A DNA stretch of 63,726 bases, filler included, from Octopus bimaculoides (taxonomy: Eukaryota): NCBI RefSeq assembly GCF_001194135.2. It is 11 parts of 10 records of this genome, joined end to end, with 100 filler letters (N's around TTAATTAATTAA, not from the genome) between each part and the next. Parts side by side here need not be neighbours in the genome. Positions count along the whole stretch, not along the records: positions 1 to 4,589 come from NW_026306451.1; positions 4,690 to 7,621 come from NC_068986.1; positions 7,722 to 16,104 come from NC_068987.1; 8 more parts are not named here. One strand, written 5' to 3'. The position numbers were made by a program, and so were the translations under genes. The notes under the pieces were generated by a model. The model made no database searches. It was not told where the DNA came from and saw only the letters and a list, made by a program, of their open reading frames with translations. Shown here piece by piece: positions 1 through 12,819 of the stretch (position 1 is its first letter; every line of letters begins with the position of its first letter).

Positions 1-222
1 ACAATTTTTTTTTTTTTTTTATCTCAGAATCCTTACTATTCCTCTTATACATACTTTTCCTGGTTTCACTCATTACACTGTGGCCATGCTGAAGCAATCT
101 CTTCATGGGTTTTAGTCCCTCGAATCAACCCCAGTACTTATTTTCAGTGGATATCTTCGTTTCTGTATTTATCAACCCATGCCAAGCGGACGTTAAATGA
201 CGATGATGATGATGATGATGAT

Positions 223-421
223 GATCATCATCATCATCACTGTCAATTAATGTCTGCCTTCCATGCTGGCATGGGTGGGATGGGTACCACAACAGCTGGC
301 CAGGTAGAAGCCTGCACCTGACTTCTGTGACTGTTTTGGCAGGATTTTTACAGCTGGATGCCCTTCCTGACACCAACCACTCAGCAGAGTGGATTTAATG
401 CTTTATACGTGGCACAAGCAC
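223..421 (-). mobile_element. Non-autonomous RTE-tail element (SINE-like, (GAT)n tail), family A
   Basis: Shares CAGCTGGATGCCCTTCCT..CACCAACCACTC and the (CAT)n end with many other copies in the window. Confidence 0.7.
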
Positions 422-555
422 ATTCCACAAAAAAAAGGACTTTATACAAGAGTTGAAGATAAGCAATTTCGTTTTTATGGTAATTTCTTTGGAATCCCAG
501 ATGTTCTTCAGAATGGTGAAGGCTGTTCTTTGGCTTTGCCCATTCTGATTGTTTC

Positions 556-624
<69 letters not shown>

Positions 625-800
625 CCCCTCTCTCTCTCTCTCTCCTGAGCTAATTAAACCCATCTCTTCTGACTGGGTTGTTATTAAAAGTGTCTATCAT
701 CATCAGGTTGGTGTTCTCTTTGTTGATCCTCTCCCCTGTCTCAAGGGATTCAGCTGCCAGTCTGGTTGCCAAACACTGGGCCCATTGCATCATTTGTAAA
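420..800 (-). mobile_element. RTE-clade LINE RT fragment interrupted by a (CT)n microsatellite
   Basis: Minus-strand frames give LAAESLETGERINKENTNLM and RMGKA..AFTILKNIWDSKEITIKTKLLIFNSCIKS, typical of the RTE RT C-terminal region. Frameshifted. Confidence 0.65.
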
Positions 801-1336
801 TGGCTTTTTAATTACCTCCAGACAGCTCCTTTGATTGGAAGTGGGTCACATCGAAGACACACACACATGCACACACGCACACATGCATGCACACACACAT
901 ACATGCACACACACATGCATGCACACACACATGCATGCACGCATGTGCACACATGCACATGATGAGCTTCTTTTAGTTTCTGTCTACCAAATCCACTCAC
1001 AAGGCTTTGGTTGTGAGAAACTTTTCATGAGTTAGATTCCAAAATACCTGCTTTTAATGAAAATATTAGCTGTTTATTAGATCTCTCCAGATTCTTCCTG
1101 ATTTTCAAAAATGAATTGAAGCACAGAAAGCTGTGTATTTCTTTGGGAATGGAATCATAAAAGAATCGATGTGGAGAAAAAAATTCTGAGGAAGTGTTTG
1201 GTACTTGACATTTCTATTCCTACCTGACCCTCACCTACACAGCTTATGTACGGAGGAGATTTACATTAGAAGGGGTTAACCCCAATCTCTTTGATGAAGG
1301 TTTTACTCACCATTTATTTATTTATTTGCTTTTCTG

Positions 1337-1500
1337 CTAGTGGTTAAGAAGTTTTACTTCCTGGCCATGTGGTTTCAGGTTCAATCCTGTGGTGTGGCAT
1401 TTTGTACAAGTGTCCTCTGCTATAGTTGTAAGCTGACCAAAGCCTTGTCGGTGGAATTTGGTAGACAGAAAGTGAAAGAAGGTCATCATATGTATATGTA
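1337..1500 (+). mobile_element. tRNA-derived SINE (family B), 5' half
   Basis: Degenerate A/B boxes (TAGTGGTTAAG...GGTTCAATCC) followed by the family core CCAAAGCCTTGT.GGTGGAATTTGGTAGAC.GAAA. Confidence 0.65.
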
Positions 1501-1849
1501 TGTAATTGTGTGTGTGTGTGGGTGTCTGTGTGTGTGCGTGTATGACCAAGTAGTTAGAATTTTGCACTCATTATTGCAAGATTGTGGTTTCAATTCCTGG
1601 AACAGATGTTGCATTGTTTCCTTGAGCAAAACACATCATCTCACGTTGCTCTGCAATCACTTCGACAGCTGCCTTGTGGTCCACTGTGCACCTGTTCAGG
1701 CAACTTTGATTTGATGGAGGGAATGAGCTAATATACTACGGCACAAACATTCGATCTCTAGAAACAAATTATTTATGCAAGGAATTGCAGAGCTGACGTC
1801 TCATGCTACAACAGACAACCATCATGCATGCATTTCTCTGTGCTTGCAT

Positions 1850-2175
1850 GTCATCATCATCGGCACCATTTAACCTTTGCCTTCCATGCTGGCATGGAAT
1901 GGGGACTGGCAAACCAGGAGGCTGCACCAGGCCCCAAGGTTTCTACAACTAGATGCCCTTCCTAACACCAGCGACTTTGAGAGTGGGTGCTTTTTATATG
2001 CCTCTAGCATGGAAGCCAGTCAGGTGGCACTAGCATCAGCTACACTGAAATGGTGCCTTTTATGTGCCACTAGCACAGGGCCCAGTCAGATGGCACTAGC
2101 ATCAGCTACACTCAAATGGTGCTTTTTATGTGCCACCAGCACAGGGGCCAGTCAGGTGGCACTGGCATCAACCTG
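1850..2175 (-). mobile_element. Family A RTE-tail element with internal subrepeats
   Basis: (CAT)n end, GATGCCCTTCCTAACACCA core, and repeated GGCAC..GCATCAGCTACACT.AAATGGTGC..TTTATGTGCCAC units. Confidence 0.7.
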
Positions 2176-2362
2176 TGCATTTGTTTAAATCTCACTTGTG
2201 CCTATGACGTTTGTGCTGTTGTTTTTCTCAGTTCAGCAAATCTTTGTTTTGCTTTGCACCTTCAAAGATACATGAAATAAGGGACCCTCTGCTTGAAAAA
2301 CAGAAAAGGGTTTGAGACAAGAAGGGCATCTGGCTGTAAAACAATAACATATTCACCTAACC

Positions 2363-2672
2363 CTGTGGATCTCAGCTAGGGTCTACATGACCCTTAGGGG
2401 TCCATATAAAATTTTGTTGTTAAAGTTTTTGTGCAATAAATTGGTTAAACATCTACAATACACAAAATCTTTAGAACGATTTCTTTTTGTACAATGCCTG
2501 ATAATATTTAATTATACAAATATGATTGTAATTATACAAATATAATATTTAATTAAAGAAATATAATAGGACTTTTTTAAAACATCAAATGGTTATGAGG
2601 GTCTGTCTGAGTGAAAATAGTAATCAAAGGGGCCCATAGGTAAAACAAAAAAAAAATGATTGAGAACCACTG
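2363..2672. mobile_element. hAT-type MITE
   Basis: Ends CTGTGGATCTCAG / TTGAGAACCACTG. Near-identical 8-bp flanks ACCTAACC / ATCTAACC. Homologous to 3692-3953. Confidence 0.65.
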
Positions 2673-3049
2673 ATCTAACCCATGCAAGCATGGAAAGACA
2701 GAAGTAAATGAAAGAATGAAAAGAGAGAGAGAGAGAGTAGAAGATAATCTTTAGCATTAAAGCCATGTAGTGCAATAAGAGTTATTAGTTACAGACATAG
2801 ACACGGCACATTTCAGCTCAGGTTTCTTCTATCAAATTTCATGCAAAAGATTCTGGTCAACCTCGGGCCAGAGTGGTAGGCACTTACCTGAGATGCTGCA
2901 AAGTGAGATTGAACCAGGAACCACATGAGTACAAAGCAAGCTTCTTAACCACACAACTAGGTATGTTTGTGGGTGTGAGTGTATGTCAGTGTCTCTCTCT
3001 TTCTCTCTATTTCTGTATATGCATGCTGCTACTCCTGCCACTGCCACTG

Positions 3050-3087
<38 letters not shown>

Positions 3088-3341
3088 GCTACCGCTGCTA
3101 CACCTGCATATATGTATAGTCCAGCCCATGCTAGCATGGAAGATAGTTGTTAAAAGATGATGGTGATGATGATGATGATGATGGTGACTATGATGATGAT
3201 GATGACGATGGTGATGGTGGTGGTGGTGGTAATGAAGATGATGGATATGATGATAGACACACACACACGCACGCATGCGCGCGCACACACACATGCACAT
3301 ACATGTACTTGCACATAAGTATATAGATATAAATAAATACC

Positions 3342-3379
<38 letters not shown>

Positions 3380-3691
3380 GTATGCTTCTGTTTGTGCTGT
3401 GCTTAATAAACCGTATCAAAAATAGGTTGTAATATTTCACACTTCACTACACACTACAACAGACTCCGCTTCTGTAAGCTGCTGCTGCTACTGCTACTGC
3501 TGCTGTCTCTATTAATGTTCACTACACTATATACTATAGCCTATACTACTGTATTTGGTAGAATTTACTGTCCTATTTTCTATCCTGCTCACCAACATTT
3601 AATATCACGTACCTAGGTTAAGGAGACAACCACTGGTTGTTGGACTGACTAGAAATAACAGTCAACTCTCCCTCAACTCTCTACTCTACTG

Positions 3692-3953
3692 CAGTGCTTC
3701 TCCACTGGGATCCACATGACCCCTGGCAGTCCACATACGTTTTTGTGGTCAAAATTTATCTGAAATAAATTGTTTATATTTCTACAAAACACAAAATATT
3801 TTAACAATTTTTTTTTAATACAATTCCCAGTAATATTTGATTATAAAAAAATAATTGGATTTCATTGAATGGCTATGAGGGTCCAGTTGAGTAGAATAGG
3901 AATGAAAGGGGTCTCAAGGTAAAAAAAAAAAGAAAAGTGCTTGGGAGCCACTG
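3692..3953. mobile_element. hAT-type MITE with perfect 8-bp TSD
   Basis: CAGTG...CACTG termini flanked by CTCTACTG on both sides (3684-3691 and 3954-3961). Confidence 0.75.
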
Positions 3954-3964
3954 CTCTACTGTCT

Positions 3965-4193
3965 TATCCCTTTAGCATTTAAACCAGCCAGATCCAGCCT
4001 CTTGCACCTACCCTACGGTGTCATTCTAAAAACAAATAATCACATTGAAATCACATTGAAAAGCAAGAAAGAACTGAACGCAATGTGAATAAATAAACAT
4101 CACATTTGATGGAAGAATGTGAATAAATAAACATCACATTTGATGGAAGAATGTGAATAAATAAACATCACATTTGATGGAAGAATGTGAATA
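3965..4193. mobile_element. piggyBac-type MITE copy, truncated, with a 34-bp tandem triplication
   Basis: Starts CCCTTTAGCATTTAAACC like the 9223 and 49847 copies. Unit AATGTGAATAAATAAACATCACATTTGATGGAAG occurs x3.3 at 4082-4193. Confidence 0.6.
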
Positions 4194-4307
4194 TCAAAAG
4201 GCTTCAATAAAGATGAATGTATTGGGCAACAAGTGTGGCTGTGTGGGTTGAGAAGCTTACTTCCCGGCCATGCGGTCTTGGCTTCAGTCCCACTGCATGG
4301 TATCTGT

Positions 4308-4310
<3 letters not shown>

Positions 4311-4364
<54 letters not shown>

Positions 4365-4507
4365 GTTTAACGTCCGCTTTCCATACTAGCATGGGTTGGA
4401 CGATTTGACTGAGGACTGGTGAAACCGGATGGCAACACCAGGCTCCAATCTAATTTGGCAGAGTTTCTACAGCTGGATGCCCTTCCTAACGCCAACCACT
4501 CAGAGAG
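4311..4507 (-). mobile_element. Family A RTE-tail element
   Basis: (CAT)n CGTTTAACGTCCGCTTTCCAT..AGCATGGGTTGGACGATTTGACTGAGG...GATGCCCTTCCTAACGCCAACCACTC. Confidence 0.8.
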
Positions 4508-4513
4508 TGTATA

Positions 4514-4546
<33 letters not shown>

Positions 4547-4558
4547 GTATACATACAT

Positions 4559-4589
<31 letters not shown>

Positions 4590-4689
4590 NNNNNNNNNNN
4601 NNNNNNNNNNNNNNNNNNNNNNNNNNNNNNNNNTTAATTAATTAANNNNNNNNNNNNNNNNNNNNNNNNNNNNNNNNNNNNNNNNNNNN

Positions 4690-4995
4690 TATATATAAAT
4701 GCAAAATCCAGGGATCGAGGTGTAGGAAGAAAGTTAGCTAACTTTCAGGAGCAACAGTGGTTTATTGAGACGGAAGGTTACGGATTTTTTTTTTTTTTAC
4801 TTTTATCGAAAAACAATGAATAGAAGAAAAGTTCTTTTTATATACCTCAGTAGGCAACCAGGGTTGCCGAGTGTGCTAAAAAGAATATCGTCGCAAGTAG
4901 GTACATGTTGACGCAAAGATTCAATCAGAATGTGTGGAGGGCACGGTATATGAGGGATATATAAATGAAGGGAGAAATAAGTAATGGAAAAAGGA

Positions 4996-5034
<39 letters not shown>

Positions 5035-6270
5035 TTTAATCACAGAATTCAATTGTGGCATTTGAAGAGAAATGGGGGCGGGGGAGCGGGGGAAATAGTT
5101 TTGGTCGTTGAGGACAAGAGAAAGTATGTATGAAAAAAGCAAGGTAAGGTGGCGAGTTTGAGTACGGCAAGTGGTTTTATGGTCAAAAGGCGTAAAATAG
5201 TATAAGAAAAAAACATGAATGAAGCTGTGAAGGTGTATGTAGACGTATGCATTTTTACGTTTATGGGTGTAGGGGGTAGGAAGGGAGAGATTAGAAATAT
5301 AAAGTGAGAGGAATATATTAGGTAGGAAGTAAAAATACAGATAGAAAATTGTATTTGACGATTTAGGAATTAAAAGGGGAGAAAAATATTGTTGGGTTAA
5401 TACGCAGTGGTAGTGAGGGTGAATGAGTGGGAAAAAGAATATATGAGAGTTATGGGGAGACAAGATCGGGGTGGGGTTGTAATTATTTGTATTTCGGAAA
5501 TAGATTTAGTGCCCGATGTTTGCTGGTAAATATTATATTGCAGCATTCATTGATACAGTTCGTGGAATGCAAAATAGCCATGACCTCGGCTATGCAGTGA
5601 TCACACATTTTTATATCAGCTGTAAGGTTTGGCGTGGGTGATTATGGACCATTTGAGAGTGTAAGGAGTTGAATCAAGCGTTAGTTTATTGTCGAGATAA
5701 TGATGTACTGTTAGATTTTGCATGGGATTTGAAGCTAGAGTAGTGATTGCTCACCCTAGCTTTGAAGGTGGTGTTACATGAGCCGGTGTAAATGTAGTTG
5801 CAATTGTTAGTTGATACTGTGCACTTATAAACTAGGTTTTTAGTTAGACAGCAGTTATCTAAAGGACAGGAGGTTGGGCGTTTGAAGTTCCATAGGTTTG
5901 TAGGGGGTGCTCCGGAGGATCTTCTGAGAGGATTGTTGGTTTGTTATTATAGTTGGTGTTAAGGTTATCAATTGTTAAGGGTTTGAGGATGGTGTTGTTG
6001 GGTTGTAAGTTATTATTATTCTGTCCGGTGGTATCCTCTGTATTATTCTCTATCATGGTAGGAGGTATATTTGGGTATTGTAAATTTAAGGGTCGGGTGT
6101 TAGCAATAGCATTATAGTTGTAGTTATGAGGGTTTGTTTTGTTATGGAGGTCAGTTGGGTTTATAAGTATGTATGGAGTTGGAGGTTATGCTGAATTAAT
6201 TTACTTGGGTGGGTGTTAGCCGTTACTGGATTTCAGAGTTTCTCGTTAAGATGTCGCACATCTGGCAATG

Positions 6271-6302
<32 letters not shown>

Positions 6303-6760
6303 GGTGGCGGTGGTGGTNNNNNNNNNNNNNNNNNNNNNNNNNNNNNNNNNNNNNNNNNNNNNNNNNNGGTAGTGGTGGTGGTGGTGCTGGTGGAGGAGGA
6401 GGAGGAGGAGGAGGAGGAGGATTTTATAGATGGGGAGAGGGTAAATATTTTTCTAAGGAGGTTAGATTTAGGTAAATGTTTATCAAGTTGGGTGAAGAAG
6501 AGTTTAGATACTCGAGTCTGGACGTTAAGGGCGAAAGGGGGTGAAACCATATAACGTCTCAGGTTCGAGTTCGTTTAATCCGATTAGGGGGTTACCTGGG
6601 TGGAGATAAAAGGATGTGTATATTGGTACCTGTTTTGGTGGGCTGTGGTGTATATAGGATTAGGGGTTATCTGTAGCGGGCGCGTTTGTTAGATCGATTT
6701 CTATTCCCATGTTTGGGTGGATATTGTGGAGTAAGGTGATTTAGGTCCATGCTATGGGGG
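4690..6760 (-). mobile_element. Penelope-like element, C-terminal part (linker + GIY-YIG endonuclease) and 3' flank
   Basis: Minus strand: W.PPFALNVQTRVSKLFFTQLDKHLPKSNLLRKIF (~6430-6555) and VYKCTV...YIYTGSCNTTFKARVSNHYSSF...LKWSIITHAKPY...CDHC (~5530-5835). Both are Penelope hallmarks. Stops present. Confidence 0.75.
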
Positions 6761-7128
6761 TTGGAAACTGTTTTTGCATAAATACATACATACATGCATG
6801 CATACTGTTTTTTTTTTTGCATGCATGCATACATAATGCATACATGCATACGTACACGTATACATACATACATACATACATACATGCAATGCATACATAC
6901 ATACATACATACATACATACATACATACATACATACATGCAATGCCTACATACATGTCCATCCATATTGCCAGCCCTTGTATCATCTCATCAACATTATT
7001 ACCGTAAACCATTCAAGATATGTGTGCGTGCGTGTGTGTGTGTGTATGTTTGTGTGCGCGCGCGCACATGTGTGTGTGTGTGGTAGAGACGGTGGTGCAT
7101 TATTGCGGTGGCGATGATGATGGCAGTG

Positions 7129-7183
<55 letters not shown>

Positions 7184-7721
7184 CAGTGGCGATAGTAAGT
7201 AGTGGTCGTTGTGAGCGAGGTGGGAGATAACCGACTGACTGTTAGGTGTCGTTTCCTTTTCTTTAAGTACGTATTAGTCGACATTTTTCTAAACTTTCAC
7301 TTCAAATTTACACATTTCTGGATGTCACGTGCAGTTTTGTTGATACGATTGGTGCGATCGTTGTTGCCGTTGTTTTTTGTTTGTTCATTGGTTGGGTTTT
7401 GTTGATCTTCGTGTTATGTTTTCTTTTGTGTCGTGTGTGGGGAGGTCGTTTTGCTATTGTTGTTGTTCCTGTTCTTGCTAGACATAATATATTAGTTATT
7501 CTGTCATGAGGCGGATTACATAAATTAGTATACACAGAATTAATACCTCCATTTGCACACGCATACACAGAAACATGCATACATACATACATGCATATAT
7601 ATATATATATATATATATATANNNNNNNNNNNNNNNNNNNNNNNNNNNNNNNNNNNNNNNNNNNNTTAATTAATTAANNNNNNNNNNNNNNNNNNNNNNN
7701 NNNNNNNNNNNNNNNNNNNNN

Positions 7722-8147
7722 CTCCCTCATTGGACACGAAACTCAGCTTGCGAAGACTTATTGGGGCAAGCGAAAGCGAAATTGTGATGGCACCTGTGCC
7801 CAGCGTCGCCTTTCTGGCACTTGTGCCCTCGGCATGTGTAAGGACTTTCGAGAGAGATCGTTGCCAGTGCCCCTGGACTGGCTCTTGTGCGGGTGGCACA
7901 TAAAATACACCATTTTGAGCGTGGCCATTGCCAGTACCGCCTGACTGGCCTTCGTGCGGGTGGCACGTAAAAGCACCCACTACACTCTGAGTGGTTGGCG
8001 TTAGGAAGGGCATCCAGCTGTAGAAATTCAGCCAAATCAGACTGGAGCCTGGTGTAGCCATCTGGTTTTCACCAGTCCTCGGTCAAATTGTCCAACCCAT
8101 GCTAGCATGGAAGGCAGACGTTAAACGACGATGATGATGATGATATA
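7722..8147 (+). mobile_element. Family A RTE-tail element, young copy
   Basis: Near-identical to 42010-42246 and 44217-44563. Ends CCAACCCATGCTAGCATGGAAGGCAGACGTTAAACGACGATGATGAT into (TA)n. Confidence 0.8.
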
Positions 8148-8841
8148 TATATATAAACCATGCAAAAACAGACCTAGAACCTGATGTAGCTTTCTGGCTT
8201 ATCTGTTCTCGTTAAGCTGTCCAGCCCATGCCAGCATGGAAAAAATGATATTAAATGATGACGACATTACATATATAATTATCTCTCTGTAGCAAATATA
8301 CTATATGGTGATTAAGGGGTTCACCATATTTATATGGGAAGATGTGTTGACATACACCCATTTTTGTCTCAAAAATTTATCAGTATTTCTAGTTTTGGAA
8401 CATCAGAGATTACTGCTGAAAAGTTTCCAGATTTTGTCAGCTACTTCTAGTTTTATTTCTGAATGCAACAACCTACATTATCTATTTCAGTCACAGTCAG
8501 CCTGAGCAATGGGATGTAGGTATTGCTTGATTATAAGTTGAATATAATTATAGACCAGTAGTAGAAATGAAGTTGAGTGTGTAGGAGACACCACATGTAT
8601 GGGAGAATACTGTTGTTCATAGCTGAATCTCATGATATCTATGTACAGTAACCAGCTTTATGGAACTGGCTGAATCTTATGATACTCATGTACAGTAATC
8701 ACCAGTGTGGTGTGAACTGAGTAAAAGATCAAAAAACTTCAACCAATCTAGATTGGACAAACATAGCTACCTTAAGTTGCAACTTCCTTGAAGATGTCCA
8801 TCGTTTGAGCAGTTTTTTAAAATAGTAGCTGTAATACTTAC

Positions 8842-8998
8842 CCATTTTCATAGGCATTCTGAATCTCATATAGATCTTGGTCAGTGATAACTTTATGAAA
8901 ATAGACCAGGAAGTCCTTTAGGTTTGCAGGAATAATATAGTCTGGCTGGCTGTACTGATGATGACTTTCAGAATAGTCTTGATCCTGGTAAGTGTCAC
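8842..8998 (-). CDS. EIF3L: Eukaryotic translation initiation factor 3 subunit L, internal coding exon (157 nt, phase 1 to phase 2)
   Basis: Minus strand: long poly-T tract + TAG acceptor (AG at 9000-8999) and GG|GTAAGT donor. Translates (G)DTYQDQDYSESHHQYSQPDYIIPANLKDFLVYFHKVITDQDLYEIQNAYEN(G), matching the eIF3L N-terminal motif IPEVIKNFIQYFHK...VYEIQDIYEN. Confidence 0.92.
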
Positions 8999-9222
8999 CT
9001 AGTAAAAAAAACAAAAAAAAAAAAACATTATTTGAGCAATGCTAAATTATGTACACAAACATTATACACTGGCTTAAAGACGAGAAAATATTGATGATTG
9101 AATATTAATTATTTCTATTTATTATGACAAGCTATATATGAATAGAGAGAAATTTTTACTCCTTTATTTGATAAACACAATACTTAAAAATTAATCATAA
9201 CATCATCTATTGACAGTATTAA

Positions 9223-9443
9223 CCCTTTGGTGTTTAAGCTGGCCATATCCGGCCCAAATATCCTACATGATTTACATTCAAACTGGCCATATCTAACCTC
9301 TCACACCTAACCTACATTGACAGTCTAAGAATAAACTATCACACCGCCGAAACTTCAAAGCTGTAAGATAATGTATGATTAATTCAAAACAATTTGAGTG
9401 AAAAAAGTATTACATTTAACAGATTAATCTGAACACTAACGGG
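9223..9443. mobile_element. piggyBac-type MITE, complete
   Basis: TTAA|CCCTTTGGTGTTTA ... TGAACACTAACGGG|TTAA: TTAA duplication at both ends and imperfect TIRs. Confidence 0.75.
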
Positions 9444-9699
9444 TTAATACCATAAAAATGAATGTTAGAATGTGTGCAGTAAAGATTGAGAAGAACAAAA
9501 CCATATGATACTAATACTTGATTGGGTACCCAAATTCTTTCAAAACACAACACCTTCAACACATAGATTCGATAACTCTGATGTTCACATTATCTGGCTT
9601 TTCTTCTCATTGTTTGAGCTTAATTTCATTGAAGATTTCCACACACACATACATACATCAATCCATCACAGTAATGCTTATTATTTTATACTAGTGTAA

Positions 9700-9875
9700 A
9701 GGCAGTGAGCATCAGAATCATTAGCACACCAGGAAAAATGCTTAGTGGCATTTCATCCGTCCTTACTTTCTGAGTTCAAATTCCACCATGGTCGACTTTC
9801 ATCCTTTCAGGGTTGATAAAATAAGTACCAGTCAAGCACTGGGATCAATGTAATCAACTAACCCTCTCCCTGCAA
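9700..9875 (+). mobile_element. SINE with a Nin/Deu-like conserved core
   Basis: GTCGACTTTCATCCTTTCAGGGTTGATAAAATAAGTACCAG core. An inverse copy lies at ~18225-18400. Confidence 0.55.
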
Positions 9876-12192
9876 AAGTTACAGGGTTGTATGATGGGTA
9901 ACTTTGGAAGTTTACTTTTGCTGCCATGGTAATATCAGGAAATATGGCCTGCCATACAATAATAATAATTCAACTTTTATCAAATGTCTTGGTGCGTATA
10001 CAAAATAATGAAATGAATACTAACTTTAAAAAGAAAAATATTTATTAGTCATTCACTTCCCCACCTCTTCCTCTGACTATGATTCTTTCACTCAATGTCT
10101 GAGCTGTCAGCATTCCTAGTATGAACACACATCTTGCACCTTTTAATGTTACTCTCTCTCTCTGAGTGGGGAAATCAACTAACCAACCAACATTTATATT
10201 AGCTATGATTAAAGAGTAATTCCATGCTGGTATGGGTTGGACAAAATTGTCACAGTCTGACTTGGTTCTTATTCAAATCTACTGTCCACCTAAGTGAAGC
10301 AAGAAGAACCAGCCTCACCTTTAGGTTTCATTTTTGATCAGATTTGTGGGGCTGGATGCTCTTCCCGATGCCAACCACAGAGCCTACTGAATGCATCTTA
10401 TCATGGCACCAGCATTAGAAAAGTTGTCATGTCCTCAACAAGAGTAAAGGGTCTCTTGACCTTACATTATCTCTCCTCACTGGTTGCTCACTTTACAGTA
10501 TGTCCATTTGCTCAAAGCATTGCAATAAAGAGTGTATAATGGGAGAGCAATGAGAGAAGAAAAAGCAAGTGGAGCAAGTGAAGGGAATAACCCCACAATG
10601 TCAAGGTAATTTTAACCATCTAGGTCAGGTATAGACAATCTTTTTCGAGAAGTAGGCCATATGAAACATGGCTCACATTCAGGTGAGCTGCATTACTAAA
10701 AGAAATACTCAAGGTAATTTTTTCGTTAACATGCCATTCAGAAAGTTTTGCTGGTCAGTATGCCCATGACTGCTCTAGACAATGATGGACCCAGAACATA
10801 CATCTCTTGGCAGAGTTGTTAGAAAGCTTTGTGGTGATCACACCAGTGGTGTTCTGAATTCAAAAAATAAATACCAGTTTAATGCTAGAGTTGATTCTTC
10901 TCTCTTTTTCTCTGGAAGGAGTCCACCAAGCTTAACCCATAGTGCTGGGATTTGCACTTACAGAGCATGGGCTGCAGAGCACATTTTATGAAAATGAGAC
11001 TACCATGCATACACAAAAGATGAAAAATAGTTAAAACATCCCCTTAGTATATAATGGTAGCAAGTTTTACATCATCTGAAAAGTCATTAGTTGAACTATT
11101 AGCCCTCTTGCATTCTGGGGGGTATTGGAGCATTTGAATGACATTAGACCCCAACAAAAGCCCATAAATTAAATGCATCTATTTAGGCCATGATCATGGC
11201 CCGTCACACTTTATGTGTTAAGTATCAAGGCATGCCATACTTCACTTAACAGTACCCCTATGAGTCCACCAACACACATACATACATCATCTATTCACTT
11301 TTTCCAATTATTTCCTCCACAGCAAGACACCTGTTCAGGTCCCTGTATCATATATTAACTTCTCAGTATCTTGCATAAAGCCACCTCCCTCAATAATGAA
11401 CAACCTGCTAATTAAACTAGCACACAAAGTGACCAAGTATTCCACAGGCACATGAACCCACAAAAACATTTTTTAACTAGAATTAGAGGGATACAAATAT
11501 AAGTGGACTGAACCTTTGAATTACAAGAACAATCTATCTGACAGTCTTCTACAGTTTCTGTCCACCCAAATTCATCCAGAAGGCTTTGGTTGATCTGAGA
11601 CTATGATAAAGACACATGTGCAAAACTGAACCTGGAACCTCATGATCGCAAACAGAACTTCTTAATTACTCAGCCATAACTGCATACATGTATCACCATC
11701 ATTTCAACATCCACTTTTCTATGCTGGCATGGGCCAGGTGGAATTTGTTAAAGTAGATTCTCTATGGCTGAATGCTCTACCTGTGGTCAATCATCAGTTT
11801 CAGAAGAAAGCAATATTTCCCCAATGGAAAACAGGAAACAAACAAACAACAATGCTTGTATGATGGTGAGGCACATCTACAATCACCACATGGTATCAAG
11901 ACAAGGCTACATACATACGTATGTGTATATATATAGATAAATAGATATGGTTTTCCCTAGGCTATTGCAGAAGACACTTACCCAAGGTGCTATGCAGTGG
12001 GACTGAATGCAAAACCACATGGTTGAGAAGCAAGGTTCTTAACCATGTAGCCATACCTGCACCTGGTATATATCATGGTAAAATTGGAATGGTGCTTTAA
12101 TGAAGTACAAAACTGCTAAAATTTGGGTTGGAAAAAAAAAAAAAAAATGAAGATATTCAACAGCTAAATGAAGTGTAGGTAAATTTCCTTAC

Positions 12193-12232
12193 CTGAATGA
12201 GCTTCATAATCTGAGTACCCACCATAAGCATC
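12193..12232 (-). CDS. EIF3L: EIF3L small coding exon (40 nt, phase 0 to phase 1)
   Basis: TTCTATTTTACAG|GATGCT...TCAG|GTAAGG. Encodes DAYGGYSDYEAHS(G), collinear with human eIF3L DPYAYPSDYDMHTG. The phase-1 end joins the 8842-8998 exon in frame. Confidence 0.85.
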
Positions 12233-12304
12233 CTGTAAAATAGAATAACAGATTAATTTAACAATTATATAAATAAATTTGACACGATACTTATTCCACA
12301 CCTA

Positions 12305-12480
12305 CACACGGGCTGGATGGTTTGACTGGAGCTGGTAAGGCCAGGGGCTGCACCAGGCTCCATTGTCTGTTCTGGCATGGTTTCTACGGTTGGATGCCCT
12401 TCCAAATGGCAACCACTCCACAGAGTGTACTGGGTTCTTTTTATGTGGACCAGCACCGGTATCAATTCTGCTGTGGTCTT
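12305..12480 (-). mobile_element. Family A element, degenerate
   Basis: GGCTGCACCAGGCTCC...TTTCTACGGTTGGATGCCCTTCC core. Confidence 0.6.
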
Positions 12481-12819
12481 CTTGAGTACATCAAAGCACC
12501 AAATATCTTTGTCATTTCCTTTATAAGGTCCAGTGTCGCGAGATCGACCTTCAATACTTCGTCCCATGTCTTCCACAAGTTCCATTCATTTTAAGTGATC
12601 AGCACTTCTGTATGCAACTGTCTATATACACATATGTATACATACACACGTGTGTGGCCCTGCTCAATCTGTAGAAAAGGCATAGGTAGAAACTCTATAA
12701 GATGTACCCAGTGAAAGCTATGGACACATGGTGCAGTAATATCAAAGAAAGGTTAATTAGGAAGTTTTTGTATGTGGCAGATGTTCAGGAGCAATAAACA
12801 CTGAAAATGTGCAGAAAAC

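Noticed and set aside
4417-4445. CTGAGGA-CTGGT-GAAACCGG in family A elements as a hammerhead core
   Set aside because: No room for stem II and no UH cleavage site or stem I pairing.
4634-4645. TTAATTAATTAA recurring at about ten sites (4634, 7666, 16149, 21114, 24665, 29641, 33466, 41954, 58504, 62227)
   Set aside because: Always centred in N runs and has stops in all six frames: an assembly gap filler, not a biological repeat or CRISPR-like array. A lone un-gapped instance at 20487-20498 is compatible with AT-rich chance.
125-7284. Many ORFs with poly-His, poly-Ser/Leu, (HT)n, (CV)n, (YI)n and poly-Met runs (also throughout the window)
   Set aside because: Translations of (CAT)n, (CT)n, (CA)n and (TA)n microsatellites, without splice context or homology.
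8622-8719. ~47-bp tandem duplication next to the EIF3L exon, considered as an intronic C/D snoRNA
   Set aside because: Box-like motifs are on the non-host strand and non-consensus; best read as a decayed local duplication.
1-8841. Search for the next EIF3L exon (expected W.KL.E.FF...WP)
   Set aside because: No matching exon found; it is presumably beyond the window start or in a gap, so none is reported.
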